In this document: piece by piece, positions 16,230-25,389 of the stretch
Layout of the letters: every line of letters begins with the position of its first letter
Numbering within the stretch: the stretch's first letter is position 1
Assembly (NCBI GenBank): GCA_947630195.1
Contig: CANRGQ010000002.1
Location: 1-37,867 of the forward strand
DNA from: an uncultured Bacilli bacterium
GTDB lineage: Bacteria > Bacillota_I > Bacilli_A > RF39 > UBA660
Length of the DNA: 37,867 bases
Direction: 5' to 3'
Notes under the pieces: model-generated
Databases searched by the model: none
What the model was told of the DNA's origin: nothing
Seen by the model: only the letters and a program-made list of their open reading frames with translations
Program-made: the position numbers and the translations under genes

Positions 16230-17305
16230 TTTATCTTTTTTTCCTTTCTCATCATAATCATATCGTAGAAGGCCTCAATTCTCGTATTAATACCCACATC
16301 ACTAGTTTGGGTATCAAAACTAAAATAAATAATTGGTATTTTATAGTCTTCACTAATTCTTTCTAAAACCGGCATTGTATCAATCTCGGGAGTACACCCA
16401 AAACTTTTAACATGAATGATGCCATCAAAATTATCTTTGGCATAATCTAAAGCTTTTTTAATCGTATACATGGAAGTGGCTCCCATATCATATTTTGCAT
16501 AATTTTTAATACTTTGTTTAATTTCTTTCACATAATTATGAAAAATACTATTGGATACATTCATCCACCTTTCAATAATAATCCCTTTTTTAGCGAGTTC
16601 CTTCTCCATATAATGATTGCTGTATTCATCCATTATCGTGTAGTATTCGCCAACAATACCGACTCTTAAAGGATTTTTTGGTTTATTAGTTTCCACTCTT
16701 TTTAGTTTACTCATATAAAGTTTAGCTATTAAATTTAATTCTTTTTTATCATTAACTTCTTTTAAGTCCTCTAAAAATTCTTTATGTAATTTTTCAAAAC
16801 TACCGTCAACGACTTCAAAGCCAACATTTTCTCTAATATAGTCTTCGACTTTATCAATAACTTCCACCATTTTAACAGCCAGTAAAACAGCACTTGTTAT
16901 CTTTTTTAAATTAACACTTGGTTTAATCTTTTTAAATTCTTCATAAAAAGTTAAAGGTTTGGAAAAATCAGCATTAGCCATATTGACAAATCGGACCTCA
17001 TAACCTAAATCTTTTAATATTTGCTCATGTAATTCTCCGTAGTAATTTAAACGACAAGCTCCCCCTACTTGAATTAAGGTATTGGCTCCGGCTTCAATGG
17101 CTTCAATGTAACCTCCTAATTGATATTTAAAAGGTGTACATACAAAATCTGGAGAATACTTAGCCCCAATTTCTAAAGTCTTCTTTGTAATGGGTGGAGC
17201 ATCCACATAATCTACCCCAAGACCATTTACAATAATATGTCTTACGGCTACATTATAAGAACCAAAACGGGGAAAATTAACTTTTACTTTACTCATGAAT
17301 GCCAC
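16226..17305 (-). CDS. acyl-CoA dehydratase activase-related protein, C-terminal (DUF2229/HgdB-like) part
   Basis: By eye it resembles the non-ATPase portion of large 'CoA-substrate-specific enzyme activase' fusion proteins (SPDFVCTPFKYQLGG, GIVGEYYT). It overlaps the activase gene at an ATGA junction. Confidence 0.55.
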   Translation of the reverse strand: MAFMSKVKVNFPRFGSYNVAVRHIIVNGLGVDYVDAPPITKKTLEIGAKYSPDFVCTPFKYQLGGYIEAIEAGANTLIQVGGACRLNYYGELHEQILKDLGYEVRFVNMANADFSKPLTFYEEFKKIKPSVNLKKITSAVLLAVKMVEVIDKVEDYIRENVGFEVVDGSFEKLHKEFLEDLKEVNDKKELNLIAKLYMSKLKRVETNKPKNPLRVGIVGEYYTIMDEYSNHYMEKELAKKGIIIERWMNVSNSIFHNYVKEIKQSIKNYAKYDMGATSMYTIKKALDYAKDNFDGIIHVKSFGCTPEIDTMPVLERISEDYKIPIIYFSFDTQTSDVGINTRIEAFYDMIMMRKEKKIK

Positions 17306-18215
17306 CTTCTTTTTGTAAATTTAAAATATCCACAAAACTTTCTAGTCTTGTTTCTAGTCCTGCTGTTCCTTCTTGACCATCTAAAACTAAATTAATAATG
17401 GGTTTTCCTTTAATCTTTCTGACAATCATTTCATTAACTAAAGAATCCGGTCCACAAGGAAAAGAGGAAGCTAAAATAATTCCATCAACTTGATCAAAGT
17501 ATAGGGAAATAGCTCCGACGAGTTCTTTGTTAAAAGTCCAAGGTAAAGTCGCACTAATCTTTTTCGCTTTTTCTCTAGCTTTCTTTTCATCAACCACACA
17601 GGCTAATATAGGTTCACTACCTAAATCTTTTAAAGTATCAGTAATAGGTTTTCCGACATATTCATCATAAATATTATAAGGATGGGATACAATTAATATT
17701 TTTAATTTATCATTTTTAAGTAAATTATTTTGATTATTAATTTCAATCATCTTGGCGGTCTTCTCCGCTTGTTTGGCTATATAATAAGCTTTTAATACTT
17801 GCACCTTTTTCTTACCTAAAAACTTACCCATCTTAAGGAAAGCTTTAAGTTCCGTATCTTTATTTAAAATATCAATACTATAATATAATATTTTTAAATT
17901 CTTTTCTCTATAAATATTATTAATAACATCATAAATGGCTTGAAACTTTGAACAAACAATATCTTTATTAGACCCTAGGGATGCTACTCTCGGAATAAAA
18001 ATATAATCACATTTATCTATTAAATAATCAACATGCCCTGTAAAAATCTTACTAGATAAACAAGATTCATCCATCGCATGCATTTCGCCTCTTTTAATAA
18101 TATCTTTATTCGTTTTGGGACTTACAACATATTCAATTCCTAGTTCATCAAAAAATGTTTCCCATAAAACATGATATTTATAATATAAAAAAGCTCTTGG
18201 TATCCCAATTTTCAT
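17289..18215 (-). CDS. acyl-CoA dehydratase activase-related protein, N-terminal DUF2229-like part
   Basis: MKIGIPRAFLYYKYHVLWETFFDELGIEYVVSPKTNKDII...DESCLSSKIFTGHVDYL is typical of the DUF2229 start. It overlaps the next gene by 17 nt. Confidence 0.6.
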   Translation of the reverse strand: MKIGIPRAFLYYKYHVLWETFFDELGIEYVVSPKTNKDIIKRGEMHAMDESCLSSKIFTGHVDYLIDKCDYIFIPRVASLGSNKDIVCSKFQAIYDVINNIYREKNLKILYYSIDILNKDTELKAFLKMGKFLGKKKVQVLKAYYIAKQAEKTAKMIEINNQNNLLKNDKLKILIVSHPYNIYDEYVGKPITDTLKDLGSEPILACVVDEKKAREKAKKISATLPWTFNKELVGAISLYFDQVDGIILASSFPCGPDSLVNEMIVRKIKGKPIINLVLDGQEGTAGLETRLESFVDILNLQKEGGIHE

Positions 18216-18252
18216 GACTAATCATCACCAACTTCTATAATAACACAAATTT

Positions 18253-18822
18253 CTATAACTTTAAATCACCTTTTTCAGTATAAAGGCTAATTCTTTCTAA
18301 CTCCGCTAATACTCTTTTTCGGGATTTTGCATCAGTAAACCAATTATCTTTGCCAAAATCTTTTTCGACACCAATGATATCCATATTTTCAACGGGATAA
18401 TCTAAATTATAAGCACACATAAAAGCTCTTCTTGCTAAAAATGATTTACAAATTAATAATATTTTACGATAAGACTTTATATCTTCTAAATATTTTAAAC
18501 TAAATAATAAATTTTCTTTCGTATTGGTGGCTTCTCTTTCTAAAAGACAAGGAACATTTAAATTGTATTTTAAAAATTCTTGATAAATAATTTCCGCTTC
18601 TGTTCCTTCTAAATCTTTATTTAATCTTCCTTTTTTACCAGAAATAATTATCGTGGAAGTAGCATCAATTTTATTTAAACTCACTAAATCTTTTAAACAC
18701 TCAGCTGTTTCTTTATATAAATTATTTCCTAAAACAATAGCTAAATTATAAAAATCTAATTCTTCTATATTTTTACCCATAAAAAGAAAATCCGTAATTT
18801 TTTCAATTGTATCATTTTGCAT
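18253..18822 (-). CDS. DUF218/YdcF-like (SanA/ElyC superfamily) protein
   Basis: The size is right, and LAIVLGN...SGKKG...EAE...TNTKENL...ILLICKSFLARRA resembles the DUF218 pattern. Confidence 0.55.
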   Translation of the reverse strand: MQNDTIEKITDFLFMGKNIEELDFYNLAIVLGNNLYKETAECLKDLVSLNKIDATSTIIISGKKGRLNKDLEGTEAEIIYQEFLKYNLNVPCLLEREATNTKENLLFSLKYLEDIKSYRKILLICKSFLARRAFMCAYNLDYPVENMDIIGVEKDFGKDNWFTDAKSRKRVLAELERISLYTEKGDLKL

Positions 18823-18871
18823 ATTTCACCACGGCTTATATAATAACATAAAATTATACTAATTTACATAT

Positions 18872-20737
18872 TTAATCATTCATTTTAGTTAATAATTCTT
18901 CCCAAGTTTTATTTAAATTTTTAAGATTTTTTTCTAAATCTTCAATTTTTTTGTTTACTTCTTTTAACTTCTCATAATCCGAATACACATCTTCTTTATA
19001 AACACTTTCCTTTAATTCTTTTAATTCTTTTTCCCCTTTAGTTATTTCTTTTTCAATTTGTTTTATCTCTTTATTTAGATTATAAGTGTTTACTTTTATC
19101 TTTTCTTTTTGAGGTTTTACTTCTTCTTTCACATCTTTCCTTTTTTCTAAGTATTCTTCATAACCATAATGGTAATATTTTACTTCGTTATTTTCAAAGG
19201 CCAAAATACTAGAGGCTACTTTTTTGACTAAATACCGATCATGAGTGACAAAGATTAAAGTTCCCGTATATTCTTTTAAAATATCTTCTAAATGTTCTTT
19301 TCCTACAATATCCATATGATTAGTGGGTTCATCTAATATTAAAACATTCGGTTTATGATAGAAAATTTTACATAATTGTAAGCGAACTTTTTCTCCCCCA
19401 CTTAAAACATTTATCTTTTTATCCACATCATCATCTTTAAAGAGAAAAGACCCTAAAGCTTTTCTCGCTTCTTCATAAGATAAATCAGGTAGTTCGCATC
19501 GAAACTCTTCAATAACCGTATTATCATTATTTTGCATAGCCAGATTTTGGTCAAAATAGCCAATTTTTAAATTAGTGCCATACAAAATATCACCCTTTAA
19601 AGGTTTTATTAATCCCGCCAATGTTTTAATTAAAGTGGATTTACCAATGCCATTTTCCCCGATGATACCGAGTTTTTCCCCTCTTAAGATTTCTAAATTT
19701 AAAGTAGCAAGACTTCTATCATAACCAATACTTAAATCTTTTAAATTCATAACCATTTGACTAGATTTAGTTATTTCTTTTAAATTAGTTTGAAAAGTTT
19801 TTAAATCTTCTTTCCTTGGTTTTTCTATTAAATCCATTCTTTCAATTTGTTTTAATTTACTTAAGGCCATCTTCGCTTTGGTGGGTTTAAATCTAAATCT
19901 TTCATAAATACTTCTTAATCTTTTAATTTCTTTTTGTTGAAATTCATAATCTTTTAAAGTTTTTTCATATCTTAACTTTTTCTCTTTTTCATAATTACTA
20001 TAATTACCTTTATATTTATAAGTTTTTCCATAATCTATTTCATAAACTGTATCCACGATATTATCTAAAAACATCCGGTCATGCGAAACAATAATTAAAG
20101 TCTTAGGATAATCTTTTAGGTAATCTTCTAGGGCTTCAATAGTTTTGATATCTAAATGGTTAGTGGGTTCATCAAGTATTAATAAATCAGGTTTTGATAA
20201 CAATAATTTAATAAAGGTAATTTTAGTTCTTTCTCCACCCGAAAACTCTTTTAACATTTTGTTCTTATCTAAATCATTAAAACCAAATTTCTTTAATAAT
20301 GACTCATATTCTTTTTGATAAGAATAACCACCTTGTAATTTATAGTTTTCAAGTAGTTCTGTATATTCTTCAATAACTTTGGGAGAATTATTTGTATTCA
20401 TCTCTGCGACTAAATTATTAATTCTACTTTCCAAACTTATTAAATCACTAAATACTTTTTTTACTTCTTCAATTAAGGTTATACTATCTGACGAAAAAGT
20501 AATTTGTTCTAAATAACCAATTTTAAATTTACCCATAATAGTAACATTAAAATCATCTTCGCCAAGGCCTTTTTCAAACATCGAAGGATTAATGATGGCT
20601 CTTAAAAGAGTTGTTTTTCCCGCCCCATTTCTTCCGACAATGGCTATTTTATCATGGTCATTTATATCAATATTTACTTCTTCTAAAACGGTATTAATTC
20701 CTAAAGTTACCGCCCCATTTTTAATATTTATCTTCAT
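18872..20737 (-). CDS. ABC-F family ATPase (Uup/YfmR-like translation factor) with a C-terminal coiled coil
   Basis: It has two ABC modules (GRNGAGKTTLL and GENGIGKSTLI), two LSGGE signatures, no TM domain, an inter-domain linker and a Lys/Glu-rich C-terminal extension. Confidence 0.9.
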   Translation of the reverse strand: MKINIKNGAVTLGINTVLEEVNIDINDHDKIAIVGRNGAGKTTLLRAIINPSMFEKGLGEDDFNVTIMGKFKIGYLEQITFSSDSITLIEEVKKVFSDLISLESRINNLVAEMNTNNSPKVIEEYTELLENYKLQGGYSYQKEYESLLKKFGFNDLDKNKMLKEFSGGERTKITFIKLLLSKPDLLILDEPTNHLDIKTIEALEDYLKDYPKTLIIVSHDRMFLDNIVDTVYEIDYGKTYKYKGNYSNYEKEKKLRYEKTLKDYEFQQKEIKRLRSIYERFRFKPTKAKMALSKLKQIERMDLIEKPRKEDLKTFQTNLKEITKSSQMVMNLKDLSIGYDRSLATLNLEILRGEKLGIIGENGIGKSTLIKTLAGLIKPLKGDILYGTNLKIGYFDQNLAMQNNDNTVIEEFRCELPDLSYEEARKALGSFLFKDDDVDKKINVLSGGEKVRLQLCKIFYHKPNVLILDEPTNHMDIVGKEHLEDILKEYTGTLIFVTHDRYLVKKVASSILAFENNEVKYYHYGYEEYLEKRKDVKEEVKPQKEKIKVNTYNLNKEIKQIEKEITKGEKELKELKESVYKEDVYSDYEKLKEVNKKIEDLEKNLKNLNKTWEELLTKMND

Positions 20738-20898
20738 AACTACCTCAGAACATAAAGCAAAATTTATTTCATTTCACTTATGATAAGCCTCACGGTTTAT
20801 CTTTCCTGCTTCATGGGATTTCGCTCCTCCACAGGCCATATTTCCGACAGTCGCTGCCGTACTTGTTTTTTATTTTATTGTTTTCTTTTCCCTAGGTA
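20738..20898 (-). promoter_or_regulatory. about 160-nt 5' leader of the ABC-F gene containing a GC-rich structured core
   Basis: It lies between a consensus promoter and the GAGGT RBS. The core (about 20786-20872) is roughly 50% GC in a roughly 25% GC context. The hairpin CGGCAG-CGA-CUGUCG pairs fully only on the minus strand (one G.U pair). Confidence 0.45.
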
Positions 20899-20905
20899 CA
20901 TCTTA

Positions 20906-20934
20906 ATTATACGATACAAACTAATGATTGTCAA
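20906..20934 (-). promoter_or_regulatory. consensus sigma-A promoter (TTGACA-17-TATAAT)
   Basis: On the minus strand TTGACA (20929-20934) and TATAAT (20906-20911) are separated by exactly 17 nt. Confidence 0.8.
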
Positions 20935-21017
20935 CATAAAATTTCACTTTTTAGGGATAACTTTTTTATTATACAATGAAAAAAAATAATTAACTACTAA
21001 AAGTTAACTATTTAATT

Positions 21018-21545
21018 TTATCTTGTTTTTTCTTTTTCTAATAATTCCGTAACAAAGGATTCAAGCATTAATAAATTTTTAAGATATAATACATTATTTT
21101 CCATAGTATTAACACCATTCACTAAAACACTTTGTAAATATATTGCTATATCTAAATAATCTAAATCTTCTAATTTTGCCATATAAGAAATTTTTAATAA
21201 ATTAACATAATAATTATATTTTTCAAAAGATAAACTTTGTGTTTCATTTCTTTGTTTCATATCTTCAAAAACTTTGGATACTCTAACTTTCCTATCTTCT
21301 ATATATTTTCGGGTTATTTCCCCCACTATTATTTCAATTCTTCTTTTATATTCTTCATATTTATCTTTTATGTCAAATGAATCTACAACACAAGCATTAT
21401 ATAAAGTATACCCTAAATCACAAGCATCTTTAGCATAACCTTTTATTAATAAAGATAGCATTGTATTATAATATTTCTCAAATTGATTAAAACTTAAATC
21501 TTTTGTTTCAATTTCTTTTAATATATCATCTAATTTATTTTCCAT
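21018..21545 (-). CDS. hypothetical 175-aa helical protein, last gene of the radical-SAM cluster
   Basis: The ORF has an AAGGAG RBS, and a candidate promoter (TTGTTA-17-TAAAAT) lies in the 80-nt gap upstream. I do not recognise a family. Confidence 0.55.
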   Translation of the reverse strand: MENKLDDILKEIETKDLSFNQFEKYYNTMLSLLIKGYAKDACDLGYTLYNACVVDSFDIKDKYEEYKRRIEIIVGEITRKYIEDRKVRVSKVFEDMKQRNETQSLSFEKYNYYVNLLKISYMAKLEDLDYLDIAIYLQSVLVNGVNTMENNVLYLKNLLMLESFVTELLEKEKTR

Positions 21546-21625
21546 TTGCCACTCCTTAGGAAAGTATTTTACTATATAAAGTTCTGATTAACAAGCGAAA
21601 AATGACAATAAATCTAAATTTAAAA

Positions 21626-22570
21626 TTATTTTATTTCTATCTGCCACTTTGGTGGATACACATAATCTATTTTATCATCTTTTGGTATATATTTCTTTTT
21701 AATTTTAACGCGATTAGACTTTAAATCCGGTAACTTTACTCGACAATATTTATCTAGTTCACAAAAAATATTTTGGCAATCGATAAGTTCTAAAGGACGA
21801 TTTCCGATTCTTTTAAAATCAAGTCCTAATCTTTTAAATTCTTGCTCTTGATTTTCATACATATAACGAATAATATCCTCATAACTTAAACCATCTCTAT
21901 CTATAAAACACTTTCTTATTCCTCTTATAGAACCAGGACCCGCAATGGTAAATTCATCTTCTCTAAAGTCTACTACTTCACTATAGTTAATATCAGTTAC
22001 TAATTGATAAGCCATAAAATTACCTATTAAAGGATAACTTCTTAAGATATTAAAAGCCTCTTCCATACTTTTACTTTTAATTATTTTATCTTGCACTAAA
22101 TCTTCCAAAAACATTTTATGAAGTAAGGCTAAATGATTATCGTGTTTATAGTCATAACCAAAGGCTTTAGTGGCACAACTAATGTAGGCATCATTATATA
22201 GTTTTATTCCTTCATTTTTAGCCTTAGTTAAAACTTTAGAATATTCTTCCATATTAAAACCTTCTAAAGTTATATCTTTAAAATTATTTATTAATAATTC
22301 CCAAGTACTTTCTTTATTAAATAATTTAAATAAAATAATCCGAAATAACATATCTTCTTTTGAATATTTCTTCCCATTATAAATAACATTTTTAAGAAGA
22401 TATTGACTAACCCGGTCATTAACCCTGTAACTATTACAAAATTTGTATTCTCTTAAAATGGGGTCATCGGTCCAAGGGGACGCCTCACCTTTTAATTTCT
22501 TCCAAAAGATATTTTGTCTTTCCCAAGCAAAATACCAATATAAATTGTAAACTTCCTCTCTTACTTTCAT
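21626..22570 (-). CDS. protein resembling the helical domain of 5-hmdU DNA kinase / aGPT-pyrophosphorylase-type base-hypermodification enzymes (no P-loop)
   Basis: The N-terminal pattern is W..ERQNIFWKKL.G..SPWTDDPILREYKFCNSYRVNDRVSQYL, with FMAYQLVTDINYS later. I recall both from 'nucleotide kinase domain'/HMUDK-helical family proteins. No GxxxxGK[ST] motif is present. This assignment is from memory only. Confidence 0.4.
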   Translation of the reverse strand: MKVREEVYNLYWYFAWERQNIFWKKLKGEASPWTDDPILREYKFCNSYRVNDRVSQYLLKNVIYNGKKYSKEDMLFRIILFKLFNKESTWELLINNFKDITLEGFNMEEYSKVLTKAKNEGIKLYNDAYISCATKAFGYDYKHDNHLALLHKMFLEDLVQDKIIKSKSMEEAFNILRSYPLIGNFMAYQLVTDINYSEVVDFREDEFTIAGPGSIRGIRKCFIDRDGLSYEDIIRYMYENQEQEFKRLGLDFKRIGNRPLELIDCQNIFCELDKYCRVKLPDLKSNRVKIKKKYIPKDDKIDYVYPPKWQIEIK

Positions 22571-22571
22571 T

Positions 22572-23558
22572 TTACCTCATACACTTTGGGTCTTTTTCCC
22601 TTAATATTCTTTTAAATGATTTATCACTACTTGCTATAATTTTTTGCCCTAAACAACCACTTTTACAAATGTCATAATTTTCACATCCACTGCAACTAGA
22701 CTCCTTTTGAATCTCTCTTAAATTTTTAAAATAAGAAGAATTATATAGTTCTAATAAACTATTATCTTTAATGTTACCACTTACTCCTAAAACATGAAAA
22801 TATTTAACCGAATCACAAGGATAAGCTACCCCATCAAAGCCAATAATCATTATTTCATCCCCAATAACACAAGGACTATTTTGGATACCTAAAATATTCC
22901 AAGGTGAACCTAGTCTTATTTTATCTTGAAATAAACTATTTAAGTAAAATTTCTTTAACTCTAAAAGTTCTTTCTTACTTAAATCCATATCAATAGTGCC
23001 TTTTTCATGGGGAACAAATCTTAAAATACTAACCTTTTCAAAATAAGGTTTATCTTTAAAAGTGTCTATTGTATAATTTATAACTCTTGCAAAATTCTTA
23101 AAAGAATCTTTGCTTAAGGCATAATGAAAACCTAACTCTCCCTTATTATCTTTAAAAACTTTATCAAAAAATTCTTCATTAGTATATTCTGATAAGTCAT
23201 CTTCTAAAGAAAGAGTATCCGCTAGAGAATAAATAATTTTATCTAAACCAGAATTTATTAAATGTCTATATTTTCTTAGATTTTCTTTAGTTTTATAAGC
23301 AAAAGTATAAATGGTTGTTTTTAAATCTAAACCACTTGCTAAACTTATAAGCAAATCTAAATTTTTATACATTAAAGGTTCGCCACCGGTAAAAACAATA
23401 CTTTGGGCACCCATTTCTTTGGCTTCTAAAATAATTCTAGCGACATCATCAAAAGAAAGTTCCTCTAGGTATTTTTTATCATTCGTTGCTCTACTAGAAC
23501 AATGAAGGCAATTACGCATACATCTGTTAGTTAATTCAATTTTGACTTCCTTTAACAT
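22572..23558 (-). CDS. radical SAM enzyme with C-terminal SPASM/twitch-type auxiliary cluster domain
   Basis: It has C13-x3-C17-x2-C20 (CMRNCLHC), an FTGGEPL SAM-binding motif, and the C-terminal cluster PCD...CSGCENYDICKSGCLG. A GGGAGGG RBS precedes the start. Confidence 0.85.
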   Translation of the reverse strand: MLKEVKIELTNRCMRNCLHCSSRATNDKKYLEELSFDDVARIILEAKEMGAQSIVFTGGEPLMYKNLDLLISLASGLDLKTTIYTFAYKTKENLRKYRHLINSGLDKIIYSLADTLSLEDDLSEYTNEEFFDKVFKDNKGELGFHYALSKDSFKNFARVINYTIDTFKDKPYFEKVSILRFVPHEKGTIDMDLSKKELLELKKFYLNSLFQDKIRLGSPWNILGIQNSPCVIGDEIMIIGFDGVAYPCDSVKYFHVLGVSGNIKDNSLLELYNSSYFKNLREIQKESSCSGCENYDICKSGCLGQKIIASSDKSFKRILREKDPKCMR

Positions 23559-23589
23559 AAAACCCTCCCAAAGAATTCTTTCTAAAATT

Positions 23590-23598
23590 ATTATAACA
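23590..23598 (-). promoter_or_regulatory. extended -10 promoter element (TGtTATAAT) for the radical-SAM operon
   Basis: Read directly on the minus strand, about 30 nt upstream of the RBS. Confidence 0.55.
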
Positions 23599-23667
23599 CA
23601 CCTTCTTCTTTTTGTTTATTTATTTTCCATTATTTGATAAAATAAATATGAAAAGTAGGGATTAATT

Positions 23668-25389
23668 ATGAAGAAGTTAAAAGGGTTTAAAACAATATTA
23701 AATGTGGCTAAAGAATATAAAAATAAAATTATTATATCTTCTTTAGGTATTGTTGTTTGTAGTTTTTCTTCCATGCTAGTAGGTATTTTAAATGGTAAAG
23801 CCCTAGAAGAAATTACCAAACTTAATCTTAAAAATGCCATTTTAATTTTACTTATCTATTTATTTTCCGAATTATTCTTTAATTCTTTAAATAAACTTTC
23901 GACTTCTAAACTATCCAAAACCGAAGTCCAAATATCAAGAAAAGTTGCTTACCTTACTTATGAAAAAACATTATCTTTACCAGCTTATGCTTTTGAAAAG
24001 AAATCAAGTGGCGAATTTATCAATCGTATTACGAGTGATAGTCAAGTTATCATTAATTCTTTTGATCAACTTTTATTTCTTACCTCAAATTTTCTAGCTT
24101 CATTTATCATTTTAATTTATATCTTTTTTAATTCTTATATCGTGGCTTTCGAAATTATTATTTTCATCATTATTTTTGGAATCTTTGTTAAAATTTTTCA
24201 TCCCTTACTGGAAAAAGTTAATAAAGAAAAGAAACAATTAAATGATATCGCCATTACCCAAATTAATGAATCCGTAAGAGGTATTCGCGAAATTAAAACT
24301 TTAGGTATTAAAAATAATTTATTTAAAAATTTAACTACTTTAATTACCAAACAATTAGAAAAATCTAATAAAGAAATTGATTTATATATGATTTATGATT
24401 TAATTAGTAATTCTTTAAAAAGTATTTTAGAAGTTGGAGTTTTTATCACCTGTGCTGTTTTACTTTATAAGGGTTCTGTTAGTCTTACTTTCTTTGTGGC
24501 TATGACTTATTACATTTATCGTTATACGTGGATTATTGAAAACATCACTTCATTTACAAGAACTTATAATGAAACCAAAGTATCTGTTAAAAGAATTAAT
24601 GAAATTTTAGAAAATGAATTATTTAGTGATGTTCATTTTGGTAATGTTACTTTAGATAATCCTAAGGGAATTATTAAATTTAATAATGTTACATTTAGTT
24701 ATCCCAATGAAAAGGATACTTTAAAACATTTTAGTATTACTTTTGAACCCAATAAAAAAATTGGTATTGTGGGAAGAAGTGGTCAAGGTAAAACAACTAT
24801 TTTTAATCTTTTAACAAGAGTATTTGATGTAAGCATTGGTTCTATTACAATTGATGGCGTAAATATTGAAGAATTAACCGAAGAAAGTCTAAGGCAAAAT
24901 ATTTCTATTATTAGACAAGATCCTTTCTTATTTAATAATACGATTAAAGAAAACTTTAAACTTTTAGATGAAAATATTACCCTTAAAGAAATAAGAAAGT
25001 ATTGCCAAATGGCCTACATTGATGATTATATAATGACTCTACCGAAAAAATATAACACTGTTTTAGGAGAAGGTGGCGTTAACTTATCGGGAGGTCAAAA
25101 ACAAAGATTAGCTATAGCCAGAGCCCTTGCTAAAAAGAGTAAAATCATACTATTTGATGAAGCCACTTCCGCTTTAGATAATGAATCCCAAGACTACATA
25201 AAAAAAGTTATTAATGACTTAGTTAAAGACCATACCGTTATTATTGTCGCTCATCGTTTATCCACCATTAAAGATGCCGATGTTATCTATGTTATTTTAG
25301 ATGGTAAAGTTAATGATATGGGTACTCATAAAGAATTAATGCAAAAATCTAGTATTTATAAAAAATTATATCAAAGTGAAGAAAAGTAG
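23668..25389 (+). CDS. ABC exporter, fused permease/ATPase (type I exporter, MsbA/bacteriocin-exporter-like)
   Basis: The N-terminal half has six TM helices. The C-terminal NBD has Walker A GRSGQGKTT, signature LSGGQKQRLAIARAL and Walker B ILFDEATSALD. There is no C39 peptidase domain. Confidence 0.9.
   Translation: MKKLKGFKTILNVAKEYKNKIIISSLGIVVCSFSSMLVGILNGKALEEITKLNLKNAILILLIYLFSELFFNSLNKLSTSKLSKTEVQISRKVAYLTYEKTLSLPAYAFEKKSSGEFINRITSDSQVIINSFDQLLFLTSNFLASFIILIYIFFNSYIVAFEIIIFIIIFGIFVKIFHPLLEKVNKEKKQLNDIAITQINESVRGIREIKTLGIKNNLFKNLTTLITKQLEKSNKEIDLYMIYDLISNSLKSILEVGVFITCAVLLYKGSVSLTFFVAMTYYIYRYTWIIENITSFTRTYNETKVSVKRINEILENELFSDVHFGNVTLDNPKGIIKFNNVTFSYPNEKDTLKHFSITFEPNKKIGIVGRSGQGKTTIFNLLTRVFDVSIGSITIDGVNIEELTEESLRQNISIIRQDPFLFNNTIKENFKLLDENITLKEIRKYCQMAYIDDYIMTLPKKYNTVLGEGGVNLSGGQKQRLAIARALAKKSKIILFDEATSALDNESQDYIKKVINDLVKDHTVIIVAHRLSTIKDADVIYVILDGKVNDMGTHKELMQKSSIYKKLYQSEEK

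Noticed and set aside
20786-20872. I considered that the GC-rich element is the small SRP RNA (ffs), because it contains GAAGCAGG, which resembles the conserved GGAAGCAGC of domain IV
   Set aside because: I could not build the characteristic helix 8 (a GNRA tetraloop closed by UCC/GGA, plus the symmetric and asymmetric loops). The element also has no terminator and runs straight into the ABC-F RBS, which is atypical for ffs. A covariance-model search should settle this.
20592-20989. Plus-strand ORFs of 63 aa and 69 aa across the ABC-F start and its upstream region
   Set aside because: One is antisense to the ABC-F N-terminus. The other runs antisense through the minus-strand consensus promoter and leader. 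Neither has an RBS.
22572-25389. RiPP cluster interpretation (rSAM/SPASM maturase plus a divergent ABC exporter)
   Set aside because: This is not fully excluded, but I found no short precursor ORF with an RBS in the 23559-23667 or 21546-21625 gaps. At 328 aa the rSAM appears too short to carry a separate N-terminal RRE-type domain. The exporter lacks a C39 peptidase and has its own divergent promoter.
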